In this document: positions 1 to 13,311 of the stretch, in pieces | How the letters are laid out: the number at the start of each line of letters is the position of its first letter | How positions within the stretch are numbered: the stretch's first letter is position 1 | Assembly: GCA_951406725.2 (NCBI GenBank) | Contig: OX597818.1 | Location: forward strand, 112,530,001 to 112,594,000 | Direction: 5' to 3' | Source of the DNA: Octopus vulgaris | Lineage: Eukaryota | DNA length: 64,000 bases | Program-made: the position numbers and the translations under genes | Notes under the pieces: generated by a model | Database searches by the model: none | Seen by the model: the letters and a program-made list of their open reading frames with translations, nothing else | What the model was told of the DNA's origin: nothing

Positions 1-2356
1 GATATAGATAATATATTAATCGTCTAATATTTATAAAATAAATTTAATTTCATATAAAATATTTGATAATTTACCAATTATCAAATAAAGAACGAAGTTA
101 ATCCTAAACACTAATCTCCTCACGCGTTCCTTATTTGTGCAAAACATTGTTGCTTGTATTTCCCTTTCTCGTATCTATAACCGCCGAGGAGTCTCCATAC
201 TTCATACTAATATGAGTAGAAGTGGAAGTTCTGAATCTTGAATAGTCCCATATTGTCCAACCCTCAAGTTTCTATGCAATTTTCCAGCTGCTCAACACAG
301 CTGGAAATGACCGACCAAACATAACCTTCCTAAAAGCTCGATACATATTAGATATCATTTTATGCTTATGTATGTTATTTACATTTTTTGTTCTATGTAT
401 TGGGCATATAATGCCTCTATGTTAAAGAAATCCTGTCTCAGACTACGTAATTTCGGATTTAAGGCCACTGCAGAGTAGACTTTGCAAGTGTCATCTGTAA
501 AACTCTGCTCGCGAGTGAAGTCCAAAAGGCGGAAACATTAAAACATAGTCGTGTGAACTGTCCTATCTTCTACATGGTAGATTTAAACTTCTACATAGAC
601 GAAGATTATCTCCTTCGCCTTGTTCATCTTTATTGGAGTTCAGTGTGTTACAAGCACACACTTCAGGCCTCCCGTCAGGGGAAAATTTGACATGCAACCT
701 CCGTAAGTACTCAACTTCAAGAAAACCCATGAGAAAAGATATGTCAAAACTCATTGTAATGGTAAGAATAGACGTCAGTGAATGAAGAATGATACGAGTA
801 CTCTGGGAAAAGTACTTCATACAAATCCGGGTCCTCCAAACTCATTTGAGTACTTATTTTTTGCTACTTCTCGGACAAGCCGCTTATAATTATCTTGGCT
901 GTGTGTTTTAAATGGTTCACTAATTGCAATTTTCAGATAAATTTGGGATAGATTATCATTTCCCTGATATGGAATTAAGTTTAATTTATAAACACCGCAT
1001 GATAATTTATTAACTTTAAGATTCGAAAAGGAGGATCTATATGACAGGAAACTATTTAATTGAAGTTTCATAAAAATTGATTGAACAGAAACAGTAATAA
1101 ATACGAAAGTTATTTAATGAATTTCTTGATGTAAAGTAGCAAACTAGACACCATGTCTGGAATTACTGATTCTTCTAGTCAGAACAAGTCAAAGTTTAGG
1201 AAAACGTGATATATCACTTAACAAATAGGGCAACAGAAACTGACCTTCCATTAATTTCGTGTATGTTTGTCATATTTTCGCAGGGGAAAAAAAACTATTG
1301 AAAATATTTCAAGCTACTCATAATACGTGTTCCCTAAAGTGCTATATATCGTCTGAGAGTAGTTCACTGTCGATTTCGCTCCACAAATCTATTTTTCCCT
1401 GTCCTCCCTCTTTCTATTTCTCTGTCTACCCGTTTGCCTCTATGTTTGTTTCTCTTTTCCGTTTTTCGCACGCACACACAAACACACATATATACACACA
1501 CATATACATATATGTGTGTATGTGCGTGTGTATTTAAGTACGTAAACAAAGAAACCTTTTAATATATAACAATTTGCTGCTTGTCATTCAAATATTTTCT
1601 ATAGAAGACACACACGTGAAGCATACTTATGAGGGAGAGTAAAAAAGTAATTGCTTTAATAATTGATTATCTGTTTTCGCAGTGTGTATACATCTTTATT
1701 GGTTGAATATCAGTTTCAATACCATGACTGATATTGTTTGCTGGCGCTTGGTTTCGTAGTTTTTCTTACATTAACTTATGATTATATATCTTGACAAGTT
1801 CACAACTATATTTTAACCCTCCAACGAAGATAAACATTACGCAAGAAAACAAAACAAAACACAGCAAAACTCATTGGGCCGATGTAAACCTCTGTATATT
1901 GAAAGCGGCTCCTCAGAGATCTTAGGTTGTAGAACGTTTTTACTACAACGTGTCTATAATTGTATGGAGGGGAAAACAGCATTGATTCCAGCATTGATAA
2001 TTATATTCTCTAATTATATTTTCATTTAATTTATTCTTCCCCATAATTTAATAGTCTTTTTGCGATATTAAATGCAAGGTGAAAGGAAAACTAATGCAAG
2101 GAAAGAAATAATTGCTGATAGAATTTTACAATATCCTCATAACCGTGAACATTGAAGTAATAAATGATACATTATAAATATATTACAACGTATGATTATC
2201 TCTGACCCGATCATGTGCTTCAAGTTTTGTATATCACTAAAACCTTGTCCTGCTACGATGAATTGTCAAATATAGACATATCTTAACCACTTACACAAAT
2301 GGATTGCATTTCAGGTTATTATAGCATTTTTTAATTTGATTTAATTTTAAATAGCT

Positions 2357-2572
2357 GTTTCTTTATTACCCGCAAGGGGCTAAACATTGAGGGGACAAAA
2401 AAGGACAGACATAGGCATTAAGTCGATTACTTCGACCTCAGTGCATAACTGGTACTTAATTCATCGACCCCGAAATGATGAAAGGCAAAATCGAACACGG
2501 CGGAATTTGAACTCACAATGTAACGGCAAACGAAATACCCGGCGTGCTAACGTCTCTGCCAGCTCACCACCT
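2357..2572 (-). mobile_element. tRNA-derived SINE, family A
   Basis: Reverse complement reads GGTGAGCTGGCAGA..GTTAGCACGCCGG..GAGTTCAAATTCCGCCG (A/B-box-like), then the core GCCTTTCATC.TTTCGGGGTCGAT..AAGTACCAG. It matches many other copies in the window, and the core resembles the Nin/Deu SINE domain. Confidence 0.8.
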
Positions 2573-2937
2573 TTAATGTCTTTTTAAATATTATACCTAA
2601 TGTAGTGAACTTACCGAGTCGTTATCACGCCATGCTAAAATACTTCGCGTTATTTCGTCAGTCTGTACGGTGTGAGTTCAAATTCCCCTGAAGTTGCCTT
2701 TTTCTATTATCCTTTCAGAATCGATAAAATACGGACAGGTTCTATGTATCATAATGCTTGTATGATTGTGAGGCGATAGAAAAATATGAACCTTAAACAC
2801 CGCCGCATAATTCGACTAAGACATTTATTCGTCGAGTGTACAAGTAATCAGAAATTATCTGGGTTTATAGTTAAAAAGTATGTAATATAAATCTACACAA
2901 CACACACTGATCTCTCTCTCTCTCTCCCTATATACAA

Positions 2938-2969
<32 letters not shown>

Positions 2970-4179
2970 GTGTGTGTGTGTGTATGTATTTGTAATATCG
3001 CAACTAATCATAATCTAATTAATTTGGATTATGATGTTAAAATTTTTAATTAATTATTGGGATTAAATTAGTCTTCAAATACGTGATATTTTTTTTTTAA
3101 TATCTAACATTATTTGATAATGTCATCCATTTAAAATGGCATAAAAAATACTAGAAGAAGAGCGCCTCACTTCAAAAGGAATTTGAAATTTCAATTTAGG
3201 ATGGCTAATGAGGAATTGAATGCCAAATTAATCTACATTTTTTTTCGTTTTTTTTTTGTAAATTTATTCTTGGATTTCTGAATGGGTAATTCCATAATGA
3301 ATATTAATCATGATGATAGCGTCCATCTGATGATGTTTCACATTTTTAGCAAAATTTTTACTATTAAATATGGACATATGCGCACCAGTGTTTTAATGTC
3401 TTTTCTTTGATGTTGAATCAGAAAAATAACTTCAACTCATACAGAGTTTCTCAGTTTATTGTTCATCAAGATGGTTGCATCTATTATTAAAACTAAATTG
3501 TTAATCTTCATATTTCTATATTTTGACATATGCATATATGTTTATATATGTTTATATTGACAGAGAGAATAATATTGCGTCAATGTCATATCTTCTTAAA
3601 TATCTGCACGTATTGTAAAATATATTATTGTTTTATTAACAATATACTCGAGCAATATGTTGGTTCAGTTCATAATAATCTCTCATAACGGGGCTACGAG
3701 AGCAGACTACTTATTTTTATGCTGTATATCATCTTCTGTTTCAAATTACCTTGTTTCTGTTTTTTTTTTTTAAATATGAGTTGATCTGTATTGTCCAGTG
3801 CAAAGCTGTGAGGAAAATCTCATATCCGAAACAAATCCATCCTCGAGTTACAGATGGTATTCCTTCAACGATATCTCTGCTGTCTCTAACCCAGGAATAA
3901 TACACATATGTAGAATTGTTTTAAATAGAACTGTAGAAAAATTTGAGGGCTAATTTGTTGGTTAATACTAACTGAGTATTGTTTGTAATAATTATATACT
4001 TCAGTGGTTGATATTTAATTGTTTTTACTTACTATTAATGTCAGCAACTACCGATCCTTGACTCAGAAAGGAGTTAGGTAGTAGTTGTGAGACCATCCCA
4101 TCATCAGAACCACTGAGAAAATCCCCCATGTTGGGAAAACTACAATCTTTAGAGAAATCGCAAGAGATATTGTCAACAA

Positions 4180-4600
4180 TGTCTGGCATAAAGAGGAATA
4201 ATCACCTCAAGTTATAATAGGGTAGGGTCAAAGATGAGATGTTGCCCGGTTTCTATTAAAGTGTTCGATTTTGTATTTCAGAGAGAAAAAGACTCCAACT
4301 GTCACCGGGAACATTCAAACTGTGCAGCAGCGCGAAGCATTGTTCCAGTTGTTTTGTGAATTCGACAAGTAACGAACAAGTATCATTGGAATAAGGGAAA
4401 TATGCAGGAATCTGAGCTGAATGATCACAACTGGGAATTTCTTTTAAATATTGTAATCTGGCCACAAAAACAATGCATTCTCAGCGTGGGACTGATATTT
4501 TCTAAAGCACGAATAGGTTACAGAGCAGCCATGTGTGACCGAATTATAACAACTCGGATCAAACCCCGATGCTGGAAGGCAACTGTTATTCGAGAGCATG
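4180..4600 (+). pseudogene. Possible highly decayed LINE AP-endonuclease fragment (RTE-like)
   Basis: ORF 4402-4644 contains SVGLIFS...DRIITTRI, resembling the GVG/xRI motifs of LINE AP endonucleases. The region is broken by stops. Confidence 0.3.
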
Positions 4601-5549
4601 CACTAAACGAAGATGTTGAATATGCCACCAAGGATTCCGTTTAAGAACTACATGATGTGTACAGTAAAGAGTGTTTGCCAACATAACATGGCAGTCCTGG
4701 TTTAGGACTAACGTTGCAGTAATTTAGCCTCAGGAGGCATCGTCTCCAGCTGGCTATACGACACGATCTGTGTCCTTATATTTTCCAATAAGGGAATCTA
4801 GCACCCCCACTCAGCTCAAAACAATATCTGCGTATCGAGATTACATGATGTTTGTAATGAAATTATCTGTCATGATGTCAGGCTGGTCATGGAAGAATCA
4901 TGGGGGAATGGAATACACAATTGGGTAGTAGCGAATCTGGTTCTGAACGTATGAATGACCCCCATGCGTTCGGGTGGTTGATAAGAGACAAAGGCAAACA
5001 ACTCTTGTTTTTGCGGGATCAGCGGTCTTTAAACTGGCAATGCTTTTTTTTCTGAGCGTAAAAGAAAATTTGGCATTCTCCAGACAGAATTACTGAGAAA
5101 ACAGTTAATTGCGTCTGAATGAGCACGAAATGTAACTGAGCACTGAGAAATGCCAGACTGTGCAGAAGCGGAGACCTATGATTACACCAGCAGTTACATA
5201 TTCTGTGTTTATTCTATGTAACTTGAGGTAATATCCAGCCACTGAAACGGACGTTCTCCTGATTTTCTACCATCCAACGCGTAGGAATTGACTAATTATT
5301 ATTGGAGTCAAATATATTCAACATTTGCATCGTGCATCAACTTACAAGAGGCGGAGATTGGATAAACCATTCGGCCGTGACGTTATAATTATTTCCCACA
5401 GAGAAACTGTTTTGACTGAGTGGCGCATGCGCAAATGTTTGATAACCATTTTATAAGTGCAACATAGCATATACATACACTCATACACACACGCAAGTAT
5501 ATAGAGAGAGACCTGCGTACAGTTGTATAACATTTATATAAACACATAC

Positions 5550-5643
5550 AACCACACACACACACATATATATATACACATATACATACATATCTCTCTA
5601 TCTCTCTATCTATCATCTATCTATTTATCTATCTATCTATATT

Positions 5644-5682
<39 letters not shown>

Positions 5683-5695
5683 GTCTATGTATCTG

Positions 5696-5731
<36 letters not shown>

Positions 5732-5751
5732 GCTATCTCTCTATCTATCTA

Positions 5752-5840
<89 letters not shown>
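5550..5840. repeat. Compound microsatellite (CA)n(TA)n(TCTA)n(TC)n(TA)n
   Basis: Directly visible. Confidence 0.95.
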
Positions 5841-5841
<1 letters not shown>

Positions 5842-7187
5842 TGGATGCATACGTACACGCCTATATATGCGTATCTCTAAAAGTGGGTTAGTTACGAAGC
5901 ACAACCACTTGATATTAGCGCCAACAAGCATACAAACGCTGAACGATTCTCTGTGTATTTGCTGCTGTTCAATTAGGATATCTATTAAGGATAATGTTAA
6001 TGTAACAAAGATAGCAAAGCTTTTGAATCATGAGAAATCAGTAGCATCTATTATTATTTTTTTCCTAGGAAATGTGGCAATAACATAATAGTCTCCTTCA
6101 GTAACATTAAAACTAAATCGTTACATTTATTAATGCAACAGTCGTGTAATACATCGCTTGAGATAGGAACAATAAAAGGCAGCTCTTCAATATGTTATAT
6201 ATGGTAGCCATCACTGTATTTGATGATATTCTTTAGTGGCCAGAAATAGATTACACATCGTTAAAACAGCATATCAAAGCCGAACACTCTTGTGTAAATC
6301 AATTCCGTTTTAAGCAGTAATTTGTTGCTGACGCTTTGTAACTCGCATTGCTAACTGTTCCAATGTATGCTACAGCTGTGCTGCCAACAATACACAAAAG
6401 GCCGTTCGTTTGAAAAACTGCAATTCGCTCAGTATGAAACAAGATCGGCTGTTTTCGTTTGTTGCCTCTTGTACCGCGACGCGGACGGCTTCTGTTTAGT
6501 TTTAATCTCACACATACGCACAGTTATAGAAATTCACCTACAGAAGCTGAATACGAAGAGCAACAGTATTGATTCGACTAGTCTAGGAGTGTTTGCAAAG
6601 GTCATCAGTTCGTCTCGTCTTCCACCATTTTAAATAAAAGCTACGTAACAAAATGGACGTAGGATATTTAAGTATCTAATGACTAATGGGTTAATTCACG
6701 ATAGTCAATTAGCAAGCCGTCTAGGTTGTGCTTAATTAAATCTTGCGCTTCATTCCATCGGTGTCATATCGTTAATATATATCGAGTTTCCTATGGAATT
6801 ATGTATATTCTAGATTATGATTCAGCTTGTAATCTCCCGAAATAGATCAGAATCTGGTGATATTTGCTCGATAAACAAAGTTTTCTCACAAGAATGAAAA
6901 TCGATTTGTCTTGTCTAGCCATGTTAATTGTTTGTGTACGAAAAATTATCTAGGAAATCAGTCAAATAATTATACATCGGTTTTAATCAAATTCTAATGG
7001 AGACAGACGTAAGACGTCACGTGTGGTGAAGTAATCAGAGGTGGTAACGGAAAACATAAGGGCAAAACCTGAAGCAAAGGCGTTTATGGTTTACGTTAAC
7101 TTGCAATAGAAATGAGTTTATGTGAGTGGGATCAAAGCAATTTATATTCAAGAGAATTAAATGAAACAGAAACACACACATATATTC

Positions 7188-7547
7188 GTGGCACTCCGTC
7201 GGTTGCGACGACGAGGGTTCCGGTTTATCCGATCAACAGAACAACCTGCTAGTGAAATTAACGTGCAAGTGGCTGCGTAATCAACAGACAAGTCTACCGT
7301 GAACGTAGTTCTTCAGGTGATTCAGCGTGACAAAGAGTGTGATAAGGCTAGTCCTTTGAAATACAGGTACAACAGAAACACAAAGAAACAGTGAAAGAAA
7401 GTTGTGGTGAAAGAGTACAGCAGAGTTCGCCACACCCACCCAGCCGGAAACTCTTAGAGCTTTAGGAAATTTCGCAGAATACATTTTCGAAACTGCGATC
7501 CCACGACCGCGAGTCTGCTGCCCTAACCACTGGACCATTTCTCCTTC
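7188..7547 (-). mobile_element. tRNA-derived SINE, family C (~360 bp)
   Basis: Minus-strand head TGGTCCAGTGGTTAGGGCAGCAGACTCGCGGTCG..GGATCGCAGTTTCGA. The body matches copies at 14917, 51047, 53232 and 61357. Confidence 0.85.
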
Positions 7548-8282
7548 AAGCACACATGCAACAATATATATATATATGTGTAATGTTTGCTTTGTATTTG
7601 CCTACTCCACGACATATCGCATTGTGAGAAAATAATCTGCTAATATCGCCTTTATGTGAAATTGCTAGAAGCAGAGTAAGGCAAATGCAGAAATTTGACT
7701 TTGCAAATATCGGGGCCGTGTTTCTAGCCCGAGGTTAACCGCGATAATTTTTGTTGCATGTTATTTATATACCTAGGATTTAGTAGATCAGAGATCATGA
7801 TATAGTGTGCTGTAATAAGAAAGTTGTTTTTTTTGTCTTTCTTTTGTAATTCTGGTTTGGTCTTATAGTAAGAGATCAAAATTAGACGGACATTTGAAAG
7901 GTGTTTCTGTTGATATTATTCCAGTAAGGTTATTTGATCTAGTGGCGATGTTCGTTATTTTCAACGTCGACTGCTGCTTTTGAATATTTCGTAAAATTAC
8001 ATTCCGTGGCACTTGAAAAATGATCTGGAAATAGTTTAGGAACGCAAATCAAGTTACTTAAAAAATAATGAAAATTCGAAAGCATTTTCTCACAATTAAA
8101 AACGATTGCATGAATTAAAATATGAAAAACTATATAATCTACTTTAATGAAACATTCTTTTACTTTCACCTTTCCTCCTTTGCTTGTATGTATACATACA
8201 TGTGCATATATATGTATATATATATGTATGTATATATGTGCATATATATGTATATGTATGTATATATATGTATATATATATA

Positions 8283-8432
8283 TAAATACAAAATAGGACA
8301 AGAACGCAAAACACACAAAGAGACGACACAAAAAACGGACGGGTCATTCGAAGCCTCTAATCTTCAGTCAGGAACCGGATCATCCTCGCAATTTCGGCTG
8401 ATTAATCCTGAAATCACTCCGATCCGGCCAGC
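8283..8432 (-). mobile_element. Structured (TA)n-embedded repeat, family P copy 1 (putative PLE terminal repeat)
   Basis: Homologous to 28176-28377, 48385-48560 and 49402-49795. Flanked by TA-rich tracts on both sides, with covarying stems between copies. Confidence 0.6.
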
Positions 8433-8434
8433 AT

Positions 8435-8490
<56 letters not shown>

Positions 8491-8770
8491 CAACAATTGA
8501 GGGTAAAATTAATTAATTAATCAATTTCACCAAGTATTCAGTATACAAAGGGACCATTTAAGGCGAATTCAAATTATTACATTATATAAAAGGGCTTAGT
8601 AAAATAAATTACTTTGCCGCATACTGAACTCATTAGAAATAGCAGCTAAAAAAACTTTTTTAAAACTATCTCCAATACTTAAAGAAAATCTCTCTCGTAT
8701 AGTGTTTGCTCAATTCAACTCACGAAAGTATGAGGGTAGAGACATTAAAAAATCAAATGCAAAGGTTATT

Positions 8771-8822
8771 TGAGAACGTACGTTTCAAGATTAGTCAAAT
8801 CAACACTTCTATCATCAGCTCA
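8771..8822 (-). ncRNA. Type I hammerhead ribozyme-like motif
   Basis: Reverse complement reads TGAG-CTGATGA-(25 nt stem/loop II)-GAA-ACGTACGT-T-CTCA. Confidence 0.65.
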
Positions 8823-9328
8823 GAACTCCCTGGTTTGGATTTGAAAACACTGAAAGCGGGAGCATACCTTTTCGGCTTGTTATCGCTTCTGAAGATCTGT
8901 TCAAAACTCACAGTGTTAGCAAATTCAAATATGCAAACGAAGAATTTCTGCTCTCCCCTTCCACCAGCGTGGGTTAAAATCAGCAAACATTATGCTTTTT
9001 TTTCCGTAAAATCCGAGGCATTATATAGAGAAAGATGAATTATAATTTCAACAATTGAGGGTAAAATTAATTAATTAATCAATTTCACCAAGTATTCAGT
9101 ATACAAAGGGACCATTTAAGGCGAATTCAAATTATTACATTATATAAAAGGTCTTAGTAAAATAAATTACTTTGCCGCATACTGAACTCATTAGAAATAG
9201 CAGCTAAAAAAACTTTTTTAAAACTATCTCCAATACTTAAAGAAAATCTCTCTCGTATAGTGTTTGCTCAATTCAACTCACGAAAGTATGAGGGTAGAGA
9301 CATTAAAAAATCAAATGCAAAGGTTATT

Positions 9329-9380
9329 TGAGAACGTACGTTTCAAGATTAGTCAAATCAACACTTCTATCATCAGCTCA
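9329..9380 (-). ncRNA. Type I hammerhead ribozyme-like motif (second unit)
   Basis: Identical to 8771-8822, 558 bp away. Confidence 0.65.
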
Positions 9381-10072
9381 GAACTCCCTGGTTTGGATTT
9401 GAAAACACTGAAAGCGGGAGCATACCTTTTCGGCTTGTTATCGCTTCTGAAGATCTGTTCAAAACTCACAGTGTTAGCAAATTCAAATATGCAAACGAAG
9501 AATTTCTGCTCTCCCCCTTCCACCAGCGTGGGTTAAAATCAGCAAACATTATGCTTTTTTTTCGGTAATAACCTTTGCATTTGATTTTTTAATGTCTCTA
9601 CCCTCATACTTTCGTGAGTTGAATTGAGCAAACACTATACGAGAGAGATTTTCTTTAAGTATTGGAGATAGTTTTAAAAAGTTTTTTTAGCTGCTATTTC
9701 TAATGAGTTCAGTATGCGGCAAAGTAATTTATTTTACTAAGCCCTTTTATATAATGTAATAATTTGAATTCGCCTTAAATGGTCCCTTTGTATACTGAAT
9801 ACTTGGTGAAATTGATTAATTAATTAATTTTACCCTCAATTGTTGAAATTATAATTCATCTTTCTCTATATAATGCCTCGGATTTTACGGAAAAAAAAGC
9901 ATAATGTTTGCTGATTTTAACCCACGCTGGTGGAAGGGGGAGAGCAGAAATTCTTCGTTTGCATATTTGAATTTGCTAACACTGTGAGTTTTGAACAGAT
10001 CTTCAGAAGCGATAACAAGCCGAAAAGGTATGCTCCCGCTTTCAGTGTTTTCAAATCCAAACCAGGGAGTTC

Positions 10073-10124
10073 TGAGCTGATGATAGAAGTGTTGATTTGA
10101 CTAATCTTGAAACGTACGTTCTCA
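10073..10124 (+). ncRNA. Type I hammerhead ribozyme-like motif (inverted arm)
   Basis: Stem I TGAG/CTCA; CTGATGA at 10077-10083; GAAA at 10109-10112; palindromic stem III ACGTACGT; predicted GUU cleavage after 10120. Confidence 0.65.
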
Positions 10125-10320
10125 AATAACCTTTGCATTTGATTTTTTAATGTCTCTACCCTCATACTTCCGTGAGTTGAATTGAGCAAACACTATACGA
10201 GAGAGATTTTCTTTAAGTATTGGAGATAGTTTTAAAAAAGTTTTTTTAGCTGCTATTTCTAATGAGTTCAGTATGCGGCAAAGTAATTTATTTTACTAAG
10301 CCCTTTTATATAATGTAATA

Positions 10321-10365
<45 letters not shown>

Positions 10366-10407
10366 TACTTATATATATACACATGTATACACATATACGT
10401 GCATATA

Positions 10408-10448
<41 letters not shown>

Positions 10449-11340
10449 GTATGTGTGTATGTGCATGTGTGTGAGAGAGAGAGGGGGAGAGAGAGAGAGC
10501 GTGTGGATGCACGTGCACGCGTGTGTGTAGAGTAGAAATTTCTTAAGTAGAAACTAGATTACGAATATAAATTTAATTTTTTTAAATTCAAAGACATAAA
10601 TGAAATATTCTTATATTTATATGCGAGACAGAATTTTCTGAGAAACTGTTGAATATATTCCCAAACAATATAAAGTCTTTTGATGCAGTCGGTATGTATT
10701 ACGCTACTTTATAAGGCTGACTGAAATTTTCTCTGGTTTTATATGCATGAAAATGATAATAACGAATATTTAATGGACGTTAGCTATTGAAATTTTTGAA
10801 TGTTTGTAGAACCTGAATGAATGTATAAGATATTCATTATTTAGACTTTCATTAGATGATTCAAAATATTTTAACTAAGATATTCATTCATGAAGATAAA
10901 ATAAGTGTTACGAAGTTGGTTTTATGATGAAAGTTCTGCGAATTTTTTTTTCACTGAGTGACAAGTATCCCCAACGTCTCTCTTCTCTTTAATGGGTTTC
11001 GCTTCTTGGATTAAATTTCAAATAAGTCTATAATTCTGATGATTATTTTCATTTCAACATCCATATTTCCTTTCATAATTTTGTGCCTACATGCTAGCTC
11101 AGATTTCTAAAATATGGCTGCCGTTTTTTTAAATTAATATAATGTGATATTTGCGGAGAATTGTCGCAAAGTTATTTACTGGTTGTATTTCAACTTCATT
11201 TTACAACGTTATGACAGATAAACGAGATACATTATTCCTAGGCTGAATTCTGTATCTGTGGGGAAAATAAATTTAGTAGAAAATAGATAAAAAATGTATG
11301 TGTACCGATGCAGGTTGTTTGAAAGAAACAAACTAGTCTC

Positions 11341-11536
11341 TTTTACTCTTTTACTCTTTTATTTGTTTCAGGCTGTGGCCATGCTGGAGCACCGCCTTTA
11401 GTCGAGCAAATCGACCTCAGGACTTATTCTTTGTAAGTCTTGTACTTATTCTAAGTTACGGGGACGTAAACACACCAGCATCAGTTGTCAAGCGATGTTG
11501 CGTGGACAAACACAGACACAAACATACACACATACA

Positions 11537-11611
<75 letters not shown>

Positions 11612-11793
11612 TTATATATATATACATATACGACCGGCTTCTTTAAGTTTCCGTCTACCAAACCCACTTACAAGGCTTTGGTCGGCCCGAGGTTAAAGTA
11701 GAAGACACTTGCCGAAGGTGCCACGCAGTGGGACTGAACCCAGAACTATGTGGTTGGTAAGCAAGCTACTTACCACATAACCACTCCTGCGCT
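11341..11793 (-). mobile_element. tRNA-derived SINE, family B, with internal microsatellite
   Basis: Reverse complement matches the full-length copy at 59562-59978. Confidence 0.85.
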
Positions 11794-12966
11794 TATGCAA
11801 ATTAAATCACGAACGCTAATTTGTTTGAAAACCATGTAGTATTCTTTCCGTTCTATGGAGACAAAGTGGCAGATCTCATTATTGCTCCGTAGGAAGTACT
11901 TAGTGACATTTTGTCCGTTTTAACGTTCTGAGATTACATTCCTCTGAGGACGCCTTTGCCTTTCCTCCTTTCTGGGTCGGTAAAAGAAGTACCAGTAATG
12001 TACTAGGACCGATGCGGTAGTCTTAACCCTTCCCTGGAAATATCCTGTCTTGTGCCAAACGTTCAAACCAATATTATTTATATTCTTTTACTCTCTTACA
12101 TGCTTCAGTCATTTGACTGCGGCCATACTGTAGCACCAACTTTAGTCGAACGAATCGAACCTCGAGGCTTATTCTTTGTAAGTTTATTACTTATTCTATT
12201 GGTCTCTTTTGCTGTACGCACGTCTACTCATGCACCAATTATTCCCATAAACATACATAATATTAAATTATATTTAACATGATAAAGCAGTCAATTTTAC
12301 CAACAATAATATAATATATAAACTCAGTTCAATCACTCGAATGTGCAGGTAAATATTTACCAGCGATGTAAACAATTATTTTATTTCTATTTTCCTAGGG
12401 TACAAATGGAAAACGATATTCCATCGATAACTGCAAATTAGTTGAAATTTAATGAATAAATCTATCTTGAACTTTTCTAAAGATTTCAAAGTTGCATAAG
12501 TGGTTTGATAATTACAGAGTTTCAATGATTGTTTATCAATTAATGTTCACATACTTACGTACACACTCACATGCATGCTTACACGCAGACACATACACAT
12601 ACAAGAATATATATCTAATGAACAAGCAAATATATTTAAGCATATAAAAGTATATATTTAATATATTTAAATATATATTTAAGCATATGTATAAATGTAT
12701 ATTTATATATGTCAAAGTGTATACAAGCTTACATACATACATTTGTGTGTATGTGTGTGTATGTGTGTGCATTATCTACAGCTCGAATGAAATTTAGAAG
12801 GATTTATGAGTGACTACGTGATAAGTAGCTTGCTTACCAACCACGTTGTTTTGGTTTCAGTCTCACTGAGTGGCACCTTCGGCAAATGTCTTCTACTATA
12901 GCCTTGGGCCGACCAAATCCTTGTGAGTCGATTGGGTAGAGGGCAACGGAAAGAAACCCGTCGTAA

Positions 12967-12997
<31 letters not shown>

Positions 12998-13249
12998 GCG
13001 CCGCCTGGCCGTAAATAATTGTTGGTTATATGAAAAACCACTGAAAAATTATTTACCATTTTTATTGTATTACCATGTGGACTTCTTATTCCATTGCGAT
13101 CGGCCAGGCGGCGCACACGGCAGAATTTTTGGAGGGAAAATTTACGTTCTCAGTCATTACTTAGTTTTAGCATATGCACACCTCCCCCCACTATCTGATG
13201 TCGCTTGGTCAGAAGTGAGGGCCTGTGGCATTTGCCAAATCTATCGAAT

Positions 13250-13311
13250 ATGGTGTTGATAAAGGAAATCAAGCTATTTTCGTGCTTGTGATCTAGAAAC
13301 ATGTTCATCAT
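13250..13311 (+). ncRNA. Hammerhead-like motif with U3:A8 core
   Basis: ATGGTG-TTGATAA-(stem II incl. CAAGC/GCTTG)-GAA-ACATGT-T-CATCAT; 6-bp stem I with one G-U pair. Confidence 0.6.

Larger units (their letters stand above)
8483..10324. mobile_element. 558-bp unit in tandem plus inverted array between (TA)n tracts; non-autonomous PLE/retrozyme-like
   Basis: Unit 8483-9040 is repeated at 9041-9568. The reverse complement then runs 9567-10324 (about 1.35 units). Copies differ at only a few bases and each full unit has an HHR-like motif. Confidence 0.85.

Noticed and set aside
563-1071. Two adjacent ~85 aa minus-strand ORFs
   Set aside because: No recognisable motif or supported splice structure; the length is expected by chance.
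4668-4790. GC-richer hairpin-forming segment as a LINE 5' ribozyme
   Set aside because: Could not be fitted to an HDV or HHR topology; probably a repeat fragment.
7592-7690. ~15-bp inverted repeat (TGTATTTGCCTACTC / GAGTAAGGCAAATGCA)
   Set aside because: Single, short and imperfect, with no TSD or valid ribozyme core.
8360-8430. HDV-like ribozyme on the plus strand (TCCTCGC loop-like motif)
   Set aside because: The spacing does not fit P3/P1.1/P4, and the motif is not kept in all family P copies.
8706-10189. Three near-identical 90-110 aa ORFs (MLNSTHES...)
   Set aside because: They arise from the repeat unit, lie antisense to the HHR, differ by a frameshift and show no recognisable domain.
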